A stretch of DNA of 40,896 bases, from IMG/VR virus record IMGVR_UViG_3300025324_000004. The stretch is one strand, 5' to 3'. How positions within the stretch are numbered: the first letter of the stretch is position 1; each line of letters opens with the position of its first letter. A program made the translations under genes and the position numbers. Origin of the DNA: a virus. The notes under the pieces were generated by a model. That model was not told the DNA's origin and did not search any database. It saw only the letters and a program-made list of their open reading frames with translations. Shown here piece after piece: positions 32,874 to 39,962 of this stretch.

Positions 32874-33057
32874 TTCGCCGCTCCCTCTCCCAGGTGTCTA
32901 GGTCTCTGTCGATTTCGTCCCTGCAAACATCGCAAAAATCTTCATATTTAACGGCCCATGTCGCGCATTCATTGACGCATGTTGTCCCTCCGATTCTGAA
33001 CTGCAGCACTCCCACTTGCCGCTTGAGGGCTAATTCAGATTGGTTTAGGCTTCCCAT
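32866..33057 (-). CDS. Cys-containing hypothetical protein (63 aa)
   Basis: Operon ORF. Confidence 0.4.
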   Translation of the reverse strand: MGSLNQSELALKRQVGVLQFRIGGTTCVNECATWAVKYEDFCDVCRDEIDRDLDTWERERRNG

Positions 33058-33238
33058 TTCCGGCCTCCTTCAACATCGGTTTTAAGATCACGCATTCTTT
33101 TGCGCCTTTCTTGGCCCAACAGATAAAGCAAGCGCAAACAATAAACTTGTCCGGGCTTCTTGGTTCCCAAGCCACATCCGCCGGTAAAGAGCAATGATCG
33201 CAGTTTGGCGGGTAGACTTGTTTTTTATTCAATTTCAT
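33035..33238 (-). CDS. Cys-rich hypothetical protein (67 aa)
   Basis: Operon ORF. Confidence 0.4.
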   Translation of the reverse strand: MKLNKKQVYPPNCDHCSLPADVAWEPRSPDKFIVCACFICWAKKGAKECVILKPMLKEAGNGKPKPI

Positions 33239-33476
33239 TCCTCCAAGTCTTGTTCTTATTGAATCGGGCTTCTATCCAGCCGTTTAGTTTCTGTAAGCCA
33301 TAAAACACAAGTCCAATGGCAAGCCACCAACCTATAAAATTTGACGTAGTTTCCGGATCAGTCTTGAGACAGTAAGCCAGGAATCCGACGGCGCCGACAA
33401 CCAAGATCGGGAGCCAAAACACCATCAGGAAGCCAAGCGCCAGCAAGAAAACAAGGGCAGGAACTAAGATATCCAT
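33225..33476 (-). CDS. Three-TM small membrane protein (83 aa)
   Basis: AGGAG lies 8 nt upstream. It is the first gene after the strong promoter at 33506..33534. Confidence 0.55.
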   Translation of the reverse strand: MDILVPALVFLLALGFLMVFWLPILVVGAVGFLAYCLKTDPETTSNFIGWWLAIGLVFYGLQKLNGWIEARFNKNKTWRNEIE

Positions 33477-33505
33477 TTTTCAGGCTCCTATGTGCACACA
33501 TTAGT

Positions 33506-33534
33506 AATATACATTTCTCAACCTAAAATGTCAA
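33506..33534 (-). promoter_or_regulatory. Near-consensus sigma70 promoter: TTGACA, 17-nt spacer, TATATT
   Basis: Read on the minus strand as TTGACATTTTAGGTTGAGAAATGTATATT. The 8-bp palindrome TGTGCACA (33491-33498) lies just downstream. Confidence 0.6.
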
Positions 33535-33542
33535 GCTATTAG

Positions 33543-34073
33543 TCAAGCTCGGTTCATCCCCGTGTGTATGGGTAACACATCTACTACTTTGCAGGTTACA
33601 GGATTTGTGATTTTTCGATAAAACACATGGCGGCCTATTGTTACAGTTTTTTCCATGGAATCTGCCCAATAGGGATACTTTTTCATTGTGGCGGCGTGAT
33701 AATGAGTGGCGCCTTCGGTTATATCCGCCTGGATAGGCGAATTTACGATTCTTTGCCATACTAGGCTCGAGTTCTTTAGTTCTGAAGCCCAACTAGGCAT
33801 TGACATGCGGGAGGTCCTCCAAGATGCCGTTTTAGCGTCTTTATTCCAGCAGGAAAACTGATAGGGGCGCAGGACCTCAAATTCCGGCGTAGTGCCATGA
33901 TCTCGCGCTCTATTCAGAATCACCCATGCAACGGCTTCCATGCCTACTACACCCTCTCCAGAGGCTTCCAGGGCTATTGTGGCTGGTACTCTGATCACAA
34001 CATCCAATTCGCCGGCATAAGCCGTAACCGCTAAACTGCACACCGCCATAGCCAAACATGCCCCTAAACGCAT
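33543..34073 (-). CDS. Secreted cell-wall hydrolase, SleB/Hydrolase_2 family (176 aa from ATG 34073)
   Basis: Signal peptide MRLGACLAMAVCSLAVTAYA/GE. The motifs are EAVAWVILNRARD ... QFSCWN ... GATHYHA. ATGA overlap with the upstream gene. Confidence 0.75.
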   Translation of the reverse strand: MRLGACLAMAVCSLAVTAYAGELDVVIRVPATIALEASGEGVVGMEAVAWVILNRARDHGTTPEFEVLRPYQFSCWNKDAKTASWRTSRMSMPSWASELKNSSLVWQRIVNSPIQADITEGATHYHAATMKKYPYWADSMEKTVTIGRHVFYRKITNPVTCKVVDVLPIHTGMNRA

Positions 34074-34483
34074 CACCCTTCGAACCTGCAGCAAATTTCT
34101 TCTGCCGCTAACCAGGCCATGGCATTGCTTATCCTTGGAAATTTGATGTTGTCTAGGTTGTCCCATTTGCCGAAAATTACCTGGCCTATGTCCGTTTCGC
34201 TAAAAACTCCGCTAAGGCATCGAAAATCTTTTATCATAACTAACATCTCCACTCCAACTTCTTCAGCCAGATTTTTTGCCATTTGACAAATTGCAGCTCG
34301 GTGTTTTCGGAAAAAATTACTGGTGTCAGTGTAGTAAGTAAATCCGCTAAAACCGCCGCTAATGCCGTTATTGCAAACATCCTGGATGAAGTCCCTGCCT
34401 ATGCGCCGATAGACAGCTCGGATTAAAGGCTTTTCAAATTCTTGAGCCTCGCCCAATACCTGATTTAACGTTTTCATTTTCAT
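34073..34483 (-). CDS. Hypothetical protein, paralog A of 35411..35827 (136 aa)
   Basis: The proteins align over their full length. The C-terminal 40 aa are almost identical (SETDIGQVIFGKWDNLDNIKFPRISNAMAW..). Confidence 0.6.
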   Translation of the reverse strand: MKMKTLNQVLGEAQEFEKPLIRAVYRRIGRDFIQDVCNNGISGGFSGFTYYTDTSNFFRKHRAAICQMAKNLAEEVGVEMLVMIKDFRCLSGVFSETDIGQVIFGKWDNLDNIKFPRISNAMAWLAAEEICCRFEG

Positions 34484-34501
34484 CCTCCTGTGTTTTAGTG
34501 G

Positions 34502-34798
34502 TTACTTGCCTTGCGCTTTGGCGATTGCACTTGCGGCTTGTGCATCGGCAGCACAAAGATTAAATCTCTTTCTAGCGTCTAGTAGGTGGTGTTCATATAA
34601 TTCCGCTTTCAATAATTTCAACGCTTCCAGCAATTCAGGCGCGGCAGCTATGATACGCGCGTTACTAATTTCTCTATCGCCACAAACATCATGCCCCACT
34701 AACGGCGCAATATGACAAATTGTATTTTGTTTGGTATCTTTTACAGAGGACGCACTAGCTAGCCAAGGCCCAGGCGTATGCGTTGATTTGTTTTTCAT
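34502..34798 (-). CDS. Hypothetical protein with GPW ... ARIIAAAPELLEAL motif (98 aa from ATG 34798)
   Basis: GGAGG lies 4 nt upstream of the internal ATG. The motif is common in small phage proteins of unknown function (from memory). Confidence 0.55.
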   Translation of the reverse strand: MKNKSTHTPGPWLASASSVKDTKQNTICHIAPLVGHDVCGDREISNARIIAAAPELLEALKLLKAELYEHHLLDARKRFNLCAADAQAASAIAKAQGK

Positions 34799-34968
34799 TT
34801 TTCCTCCAATATTGTTTTGACGCTCTCGCACGCCAGCCAAGCCTCAAGAATTGGCGTTGCCTTCGGTGATTCAAACGGCACAAATTCGATGCCCTCAGAA
34901 GTAACCCGTCGGATTTCATTTAGTCTCACGTCAATTGTCCAGCCGTTGATTTGCGGTAATTTTCTCAT
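34795..34968 (-). CDS. Hypothetical 57-aa protein (below the track cutoff)
   Basis: My own translation is MRKLPQINGWTIDVRLNEIRRVTSEGIEFVPFESPKATPILEAWLACESVKTILEEK. ATGA overlaps occur at both ends. Confidence 0.4.
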   Translation of the reverse strand: MRKLPQINGWTIDVRLNEIRRVTSEGIEFVPFESPKATPILEAWLACESVKTILEEK

Positions 34969-35234
34969 GCCAGGACTCCTTTTTTAAAGACGCTGTCGTC
35001 AATCATCTTCAGCCTGTTAACGGCTTGCCTTAACGCATTAATTTTGCCTTGCCTAACATCTAGACGCATCCCTGAAACTCCATCAATATCAAATAGAAAT
35101 TCTACAGTGAGGTACGGCTCCTTATAACCAAAAGCGGCGACTTTGTCTGTATTCAATAGGACGTTTTCAAGGTTCCGTATTTCTGCAAGATTCTCTCGAA
35201 TTGTTTTCACCCTTTTTTGCGGTAATTTGTTCAT
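34965..35234 (-). CDS. Hypothetical protein (89 aa)
   Basis: Operon ORF. Confidence 0.5.
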   Translation of the reverse strand: MNKLPQKRVKTIRENLAEIRNLENVLLNTDKVAAFGYKEPYLTVEFLFDIDGVSGMRLDVRQGKINALRQAVNRLKMIDDSVFKKGVLA

Positions 35235-35410
35235 GCAATCACTTCCGTTGTTAATGACACCATTCCGTACTTGTCCCGTGGGTCAATGTTACGGTTGTGA
35301 ATTGTCGGATAACCGCAATTGTGTTGCCATGCCTTGCGCTTTGTGTTCCAGCGGAATCCGCATGCGCTTAGAGTGCTCCGAATTTCAGCGCTCGGCTTCT
35401 TCTAAAAATC

Positions 35411-35827
35411 TCATCCTTCGAACCTCCGGCAAATTTCTCCTGCTGCAAACCAGGCCATGGCATTGCTTATCCTTGGAAATTTGATGTTGTCTAGATTGTC
35501 CCATTTGCCGAAAATTACCTGGCCTATGTCCGTTTCGCTAAAATCGTCGCTGAGGCGGCCTTCAAGACAACCCCAGCTCTTTATCATCGTCAACATATCC
35601 TCTCCACGTCCGTAAGCCAGATTTTCTGCCATTTGACAAATTGCAGATCGGTATTTTCGGAAAAATTTACTGGTATCAGGGTAGTAAAAAAATCCTGGGA
35701 ACCCTGTCTCTATGCCGCGAGTGTAAACAGCCTGTACGTTGTCACTGCCGAGGCGTCGGTAGACAGCTCGAATTATCGGCTGTTCAAATTCGCGAGCCTC
35801 ATTTAGGACCCGCGTAAAGGTTTTCAT
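35411..35827 (-). CDS. Hypothetical protein, paralog B of 34073..34483 (138 aa)
   Basis: See paralog A. SD GGGAGAAAA lies upstream. Confidence 0.6.
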   Translation of the reverse strand: MKTFTRVLNEAREFEQPIIRAVYRRLGSDNVQAVYTRGIETGFPGFFYYPDTSKFFRKYRSAICQMAENLAYGRGEDMLTMIKSWGCLEGRLSDDFSETDIGQVIFGKWDNLDNIKFPRISNAMAWFAAGEICRRFEG

Positions 35828-35966
35828 TTTAGTTTTCTCCCGTGTTGTGCCGGACTTGGAACCGGCCTTGTGGTTTACAGGGCTTTCGCCCTGTCCTCAC
35901 CGTGAAAGAAGCTCGAAAGCTCTTTGTCTTAAAGCGGCGCCAGAACCTACCAAAGATGAAAATTCC

Positions 35967-36122
35967 CTATTGGAAGGTAAGACCAGAATCTTCACGCTGA
36001 ATAGCTTTGAATCCCTCAAGTTCCCTACCGTTGTTATCGTATATAGGTGAGCTTACAACGCGCCAATTAAGACCATTGTTTATAAGGGTTTCTGTCGCAG
36101 TTCTTAAGGTTGTTTGTTCCAT
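35967..36122 (-). pseudogene. 51-aa ORF resembling only the N-terminus of DUF932 / TIGR03299 phage-plasmid proteins; probably a truncated remnant
   Basis: AAGGAGAG lies 4 nt upstream of the ATG. The sequence TATETLINNGLNWRVVSSPIY..GRELEGFKAIQREDSGL matches the start of roughly 300-aa DUF932 proteins (from memory), then stops. Confidence 0.4.
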
Positions 36123-36153
36123 GATCTCTCCTTTTGGTTTGTCAACCAATACA

Positions 36154-36182
36154 AGACTACATTAGTCAATCTATTTTGTCAA
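36154..36182 (-). promoter_or_regulatory. Candidate early promoter: TTGACA, 17-nt spacer, TAGTCT
   Basis: Read on the minus strand. It lies in the divergent region between the minus-strand operon and terS. Confidence 0.4.
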
Positions 36183-36210
36183 GTAATATTCTCAAGGTAT
36201 TTATGATATA

Positions 36211-36783
36211 ATGGAAGGCATGAAAGAGGAGAGACAGGCACCACAGATCGAGCCGCAAATTGAGGGAGGGTTATCTATTCCGGAGCCGGGAAGAAAACCG
36301 CGAAAGTATGTCGAAGCCGTTGACAACAAAAATAAAGTCAATCCCGCCTCTATCGCGGAAACGCTAACAGGCAAAGACGTTGCGAGCCGTAAGGTATCTT
36401 TGAGAAAACAAGTTAAGACCCAACCGACTAAGAGACAATCACTATTAGCTAAAAACCTGCTAAACCCGAATACTATGACAACTAAAAAAGCTATCCTAAA
36501 TGCAGGATATGCTCAGTCTACCGCAGAAGCACAGACTAAAGGCATTTTGGCTTCAGTCGGGTTAGGTATAGCCATAAGACAGGCCACTGCTTTAATGCCA
36601 ACACTTTACGACATTGCTCCAAGGATAAAACACTGGTTAAATTCTCACGATCCTGCCCCTAGTCTGAAGGCAGCAGAGCTTTCCCTGAAGCATTTACAGG
36701 ATTCTCCAACCAGAGAAGATGAAGACATTTACGCTAAAGACGCCTTAACCTATCTCAACAGTCCTTCCTCTTCTGTTCTATAA
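36211..36783 (+). CDS. terS: Terminase small subunit (190 aa; alternative start ATG 36220)
   Basis: The HTH-like motif KRQSLLAKNLLNPNTMTTKKAILNAGYAQSTAEAQ is typical of Terminase_2-type small subunits. It lies upstream of terL. An extended -10 (TGaTATAAT, 36204-36212) overlaps the first ATG. Confidence 0.6.
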   Translation: MEGMKEERQAPQIEPQIEGGLSIPEPGRKPRKYVEAVDNKNKVNPASIAETLTGKDVASRKVSLRKQVKTQPTKRQSLLAKNLLNPNTMTTKKAILNAGYAQSTAEAQTKGILASVGLGIAIRQATALMPTLYDIAPRIKHWLNSHDPAPSLKAAELSLKHLQDSPTREDEDIYAKDALTYLNSPSSSVL

Positions 36784-36876
36784 GATGTGTTATGTTAACT
36801 AGAAGCCTATCAATAGCCTCATGGAATACAAGGCCTTTCGAGCTGTAAGTTAATCATTAGTAAAGGGTAAGGGAAC

Positions 36877-36931
36877 CGGAGTGGGGGAGGGGTACTATTA
36901 TTATTAGAGTCCCTCCCATCCCTCCAATTTT
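36877..36931 (+). terminator. G/C-rich hairpin (GGGGGAGGGG ... CCCTCCC) followed by AATTTTG; weak terminator candidate after terS
   Basis: Read directly. The T-tract has only 4 T. Confidence 0.3.
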
Positions 36932-37261
36932 GTAGAAATTCTATGAAGGTTTGTAGAAATTCAGATAGAATGGGATGTAATACAGAACAGGCAGGAAGAG
37001 GCTTGTAGGGCGGTTAGCGGAGGGAAGGGATGAAGAAGAGGGGTAAGCACAGGGGTAAGCACATAGGTAAGAGGGAGGTAGGGTCTCGTTCTTTCTCTAG
37101 CGGCGGATTTTCTTTTATGGAGTCCCTTCCTTGTAGCGGCGGCCTCCCAAAATCCATCCTCTGCCTCTCTCTTGAAGACCTTGAAGGCTGTGTCACGGAA
37201 CTTGACTTTTTGATTGTATTTGTCAAAGATCATCGATGGAATTAAGAAATGGAATTAAGTG

Positions 37262-37291
37262 TTGACAAACATAGTGTTGACAAAAGATACT
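37262..37291 (+). promoter_or_regulatory. Candidate promoter: TTGACA, 18-nt spacer, GATACT
   Basis: Read directly. It is part of a cluster of TTGAC(A/T) motifs at 37202-37312. Confidence 0.35.
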
Positions 37292-37300
37292 TCTCAAGAA

Positions 37301-37648
37301 ATGGAATTGACAAATGAATGCCCCAAATGCGGTTCCGGGTATATCTGGATTCTGATGCCGAAATATCAAGGGAGGGTGTGGGCGTGCGGCAAATATCCTG
37401 GTCATGTGCTTGGGATCGCCTTTGTGAGATATTTTCAGGGATGTAGGAAGGATGAAGAGGGTAATATCGTGGCGTATGGAAACTTCTACGCTTTGACCAG
37501 AGGCGGGATTCCGATCACAAAGAGGGTTAAGAAGGAGTATTATGACTTTGAGCGAAGCTCATTGGAAGGTAAAGATGGCAAAAGGGAAGAGACCTTACAA
37601 GATTACCAAGGAGCGCAGCTCAAAAGCAGGAAAGGTGGTTGGTACTAG
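37301..37648 (+). CDS. Zinc-ribbon protein (CPKCG ... ACGKYPGH), 115 aa from ATG 37301 (the track starts at GTG 37259)
   Basis: ORF between the non-coding gap and terL. Its 3' part overlaps 37542..37712 in another frame, so the true end is uncertain. Confidence 0.4.
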   Translation: MELTNECPKCGSGYIWILMPKYQGRVWACGKYPGHVLGIAFVRYFQGCRKDEEGNIVAYGNFYALTRGGIPITKRVKKEYYDFERSSLEGKDGKREETLQDYQGAQLKSRKGGWY

Positions 37649-37712
37649 CAAGACAAGAGCAAAAGCCCTCTCCTCCGTGAGAGCCAGATATGCAGGATCA
37701 AAAGGAAAATGA
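37542..37712 (+). CDS. Very basic 56-aa protein (alternative frame)
   Basis: AAGGAG lies 6 nt upstream of the ATG. It translates to MTLSEAHWKVKMAKGKRPYKITKERSSKAGKVVGTSKTRAKALSSVRARYAGSKGK. Confidence 0.35.
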   Translation: MTLSEAHWKVKMAKGKRPYKITKERSSKAGKVVGTSKTRAKALSSVRARYAGSKGK

Positions 37713-37764
37713 AGAAACCTAAACCGCCTAGACCGCCGGAACATCCTTTGAACGGAGTTCATTG

Positions 37765-38055
37765 ATGTTGACAGATTCGATCCCTGTGCAACCGCCTAAC
37801 CAGCCTCCCCTGAGCGAAGCTCATCAATCAGAAGTTCTTCTTGTCGTTTCCCGCTCGGCGCCGGACTCGAACGGGATCGGAAAGATTTCTCTCAATAGCC
37901 CTCTTCCTCCGCTGGCGATTTTGTCTTTGATTTCGACTCTGATCGAGATGCTTGTCAAAGACATTACCTTCAAATCTCAAAAACGGATTGATATAGCTAA
38001 ACCGGGTGGTCTTACGCCGGGTGGCCTGATGAATTTCCTGCGCCATAAGAAATGA
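37765..38055 (+). CDS. Hypothetical protein (96 aa)
   Basis: ATGA overlap with the terL start. Confidence 0.5.
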   Translation: MLTDSIPVQPPNQPPLSEAHQSEVLLVVSRSAPDSNGIGKISLNSPLPPLAILSLISTLIEMLVKDITFKSQKRIDIAKPGGLTPGGLMNFLRHKK

Positions 38056-39962
38056 GTAATGAACCATTTCAAGAGGAAGTTCCTCAACCCAAATCAGAAG
38101 AGTCCCCGCTAGAGTCATTCGAGCTTCGCTCACACGAGCTTCGCTCACACGAGCTTCGCTCACAATCTTTCCCTGCGGAAGTCCATTTCGAGAAAGTTAG
38201 CACCAAAAAAAGTCTGTATGCCTGCGGTTGCGGAGAACTCAAACAGAAATTCCAGATTCTGAGACTGACCGCCGCATTGGACCTTTTCTATCTGACGAAA
38301 TATGTTCTTGGATATAAAGACCTAAACGAAAAACACAGACTCATCTGTGATCTTGTCGCAGCCCAAAATATCATCTGGTGGAAGAAAGCCTCTTCCCAAT
38401 CTTCTCAGAAAAGAGTAATGGTTCACCCATGCTCGGAATCCGTTTTTAAAACGCCGAGAATCACGAAATTGAGGGCCGATATGCAAGCCTTCAAAGAGAA
38501 TCCGATCTATCAAAGATTGTGGCTCATGTTCCGAGGCGCGTTCAAAACGACCATCATCTCGAAAGCGCATACTATCCAGGCCATGCTCATCTATCCTGAT
38601 ATCCGAATCCTGATCGCCCATAACAAACTTGGGAACGCGGAAGCGATCCTGAGAGAAATTAAGAACCAGTTCATCTTCAACGCCCTTTTTAGACAGCTAT
38701 ATCCCGAATATTGCCCGAAAAGAGGGCCTGGCGGGAAAGTGGAGTGGGGCACTACCGAACAAGTCACTCTCCCTAATCGCAGTCAGACTTTGCAGGTGCA
38801 GGAGCCGACCATTGATACGATGGGCGTAGATACCATGAAAACGGGCATGCACTACGACTTGCATAAAAGAGACGACCTTGTAACCGAACTGAGCGTTACC
38901 AATGAAGAACAGATCAATTCGTCCATTCTTGGGGATGCTTCCATGCAGCAGCTTTTTAACCGGCCTGCCGTCGGGTTTGTGGATAGAATCGGGACTCCGT
39001 ATCACTACGCGGATTTGTACCAGAAATTGCAGACGGATGAAGTAAAGAAAATGGATCACGGCTATTGGAGGGAAGGAGCGCAAAGCGTTTTCAAATTGCC
39101 TGTTCATGACGAGGCCGGCATTTACCAAATACCTGAAATCCTGAATGAAGAAGGGTTTGAGAGAATCAAAAGTTCTCCCACAATGGACCCTTATACAGTC
39201 AATACACAATATCTTTTGAAGCCAGTTAACCCATCCAACCAGGAATTTAAACCGGATTGGTTCAGAGTTTGGCATGAACCTGTTGCGTTGGAAGGAACTG
39301 TCGCTTATCTCAAAATCGACCCGGCCACCTCCAAAAGAAAGAAATCGGATTACACGGTCATTCTTTATACTCAGATAGACGGCAAGAAAATTAAATACAC
39401 CACAGACGGAATCAGGGACAAACTCAACGTCACGGAAAGGATTCATGCGGTTATTAGGTTCCTTAAGGCGTATCCCAATATCATCGGCATCTTGTACGAG
39501 ACGGTCGGGTTCCAAGAAACGGACGCTGTTTATCTCAGAGAAGCAATGAGAGAAAACAAATGCGAAAGAATCATCTATGAGATAAAAAGTCCGAAACATT
39601 CAAAGGCTGACCGAATCCGAAGGCTGATTGCCCCATATTCGAATTCCTCCTGGTACTGGAAAAACCAGATTTTCTATACCGCCCTCCATGACGGCAAGGT
39701 CCATAATCTGACCGAGGAAGCACGGTATGAGGCTTATACTTTTCCATTTTCGGAACATGACGATATCCTCGACTGCCAAAGCCAGCTTCTTGACCCGGAC
39801 ATCATGCTGGCTATGGGCTATTCTGTGAAGAAAGAAACTAAGTCGGATAAAACCACCTACCGCGATATCCATAATATGCTCAGACGAGAGAAGAAAGTTT
39901 CGTTCCGGTCTAAAGAGGACAGGACTCGCTTCTGGCAAGCTAAAATGGGCATTGAATTGTAG
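38052..39962 (+). CDS. terL: Terminase large subunit (636 aa)
   Basis: The ATPase region reads MFRGAFKTT. The RNaseH-like nuclease motifs are YLKIDPATSKRKKSDYTVI, YETVGFQE and FSEHDDILDC. The portal gene follows. Confidence 0.9.
   Translation: MSNEPFQEEVPQPKSEESPLESFELRSHELRSHELRSQSFPAEVHFEKVSTKKSLYACGCGELKQKFQILRLTAALDLFYLTKYVLGYKDLNEKHRLICDLVAAQNIIWWKKASSQSSQKRVMVHPCSESVFKTPRITKLRADMQAFKENPIYQRLWLMFRGAFKTTIISKAHTIQAMLIYPDIRILIAHNKLGNAEAILREIKNQFIFNALFRQLYPEYCPKRGPGGKVEWGTTEQVTLPNRSQTLQVQEPTIDTMGVDTMKTGMHYDLHKRDDLVTELSVTNEEQINSSILGDASMQQLFNRPAVGFVDRIGTPYHYADLYQKLQTDEVKKMDHGYWREGAQSVFKLPVHDEAGIYQIPEILNEEGFERIKSSPTMDPYTVNTQYLLKPVNPSNQEFKPDWFRVWHEPVALEGTVAYLKIDPATSKRKKSDYTVILYTQIDGKKIKYTTDGIRDKLNVTERIHAVIRFLKAYPNIIGILYETVGFQETDAVYLREAMRENKCERIIYEIKSPKHSKADRIRRLIAPYSNSSWYWKNQIFYTALHDGKVHNLTEEARYEAYTFPFSEHDDILDCQSQLLDPDIMLAMGYSVKKETKSDKTTYRDIHNMLRREKKVSFRSKEDRTRFWQAKMGIEL
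38121..38165. repeat. 15-bp tandem repeat gagcttcgctcacac x3 inside the terL 5' end (encodes ELRSH x3)
   Basis: Read directly. The unit is the reverse complement of the tgagcgaagctc motif of the 2729-2806 array. Confidence 0.95.

Noticed and set aside
35402-35413. Stop-codon reassignment (TGA or TAG read as sense), suggested by the in-frame open frame behind two stops
   Set aside because: TAA, TAG and TGA each terminate well-supported genes elsewhere: portal TAG, capsid TAA, scaffold TGA and terL TAG. Many genes are coupled through ATGA overlaps that require TGA to act as a stop.
35870-35912. Hammerhead-type ribozyme around the ACAGGGC-GAAA-GCCCTGT hairpin (GUGAGGA ... UAAACC flanks)
   Set aside because: The conserved core is not met. 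The base before UGA is G rather than C, and the strand after stem II reads UAAA rather than GAAA.
36961-37233. 90-aa minus-strand ORF in the terS-terL gap
   Set aside because: It has no SD and its C-terminal half is low-complexity (a product of the C-rich minus strand). It would be an isolated antisense gene inside the late operon. It is kept only as a remote possibility.
38697-39599. 300-aa ORF antisense to terL, with other long antisense ORFs at 7371..7754, 8832..9359, 9441..9920, 10933..11268 and 40066..40806
   Set aside because: They lie opposite strongly supported genes, lack SD sequences and have low-complexity or odd composition. They are typical shadow ORFs.
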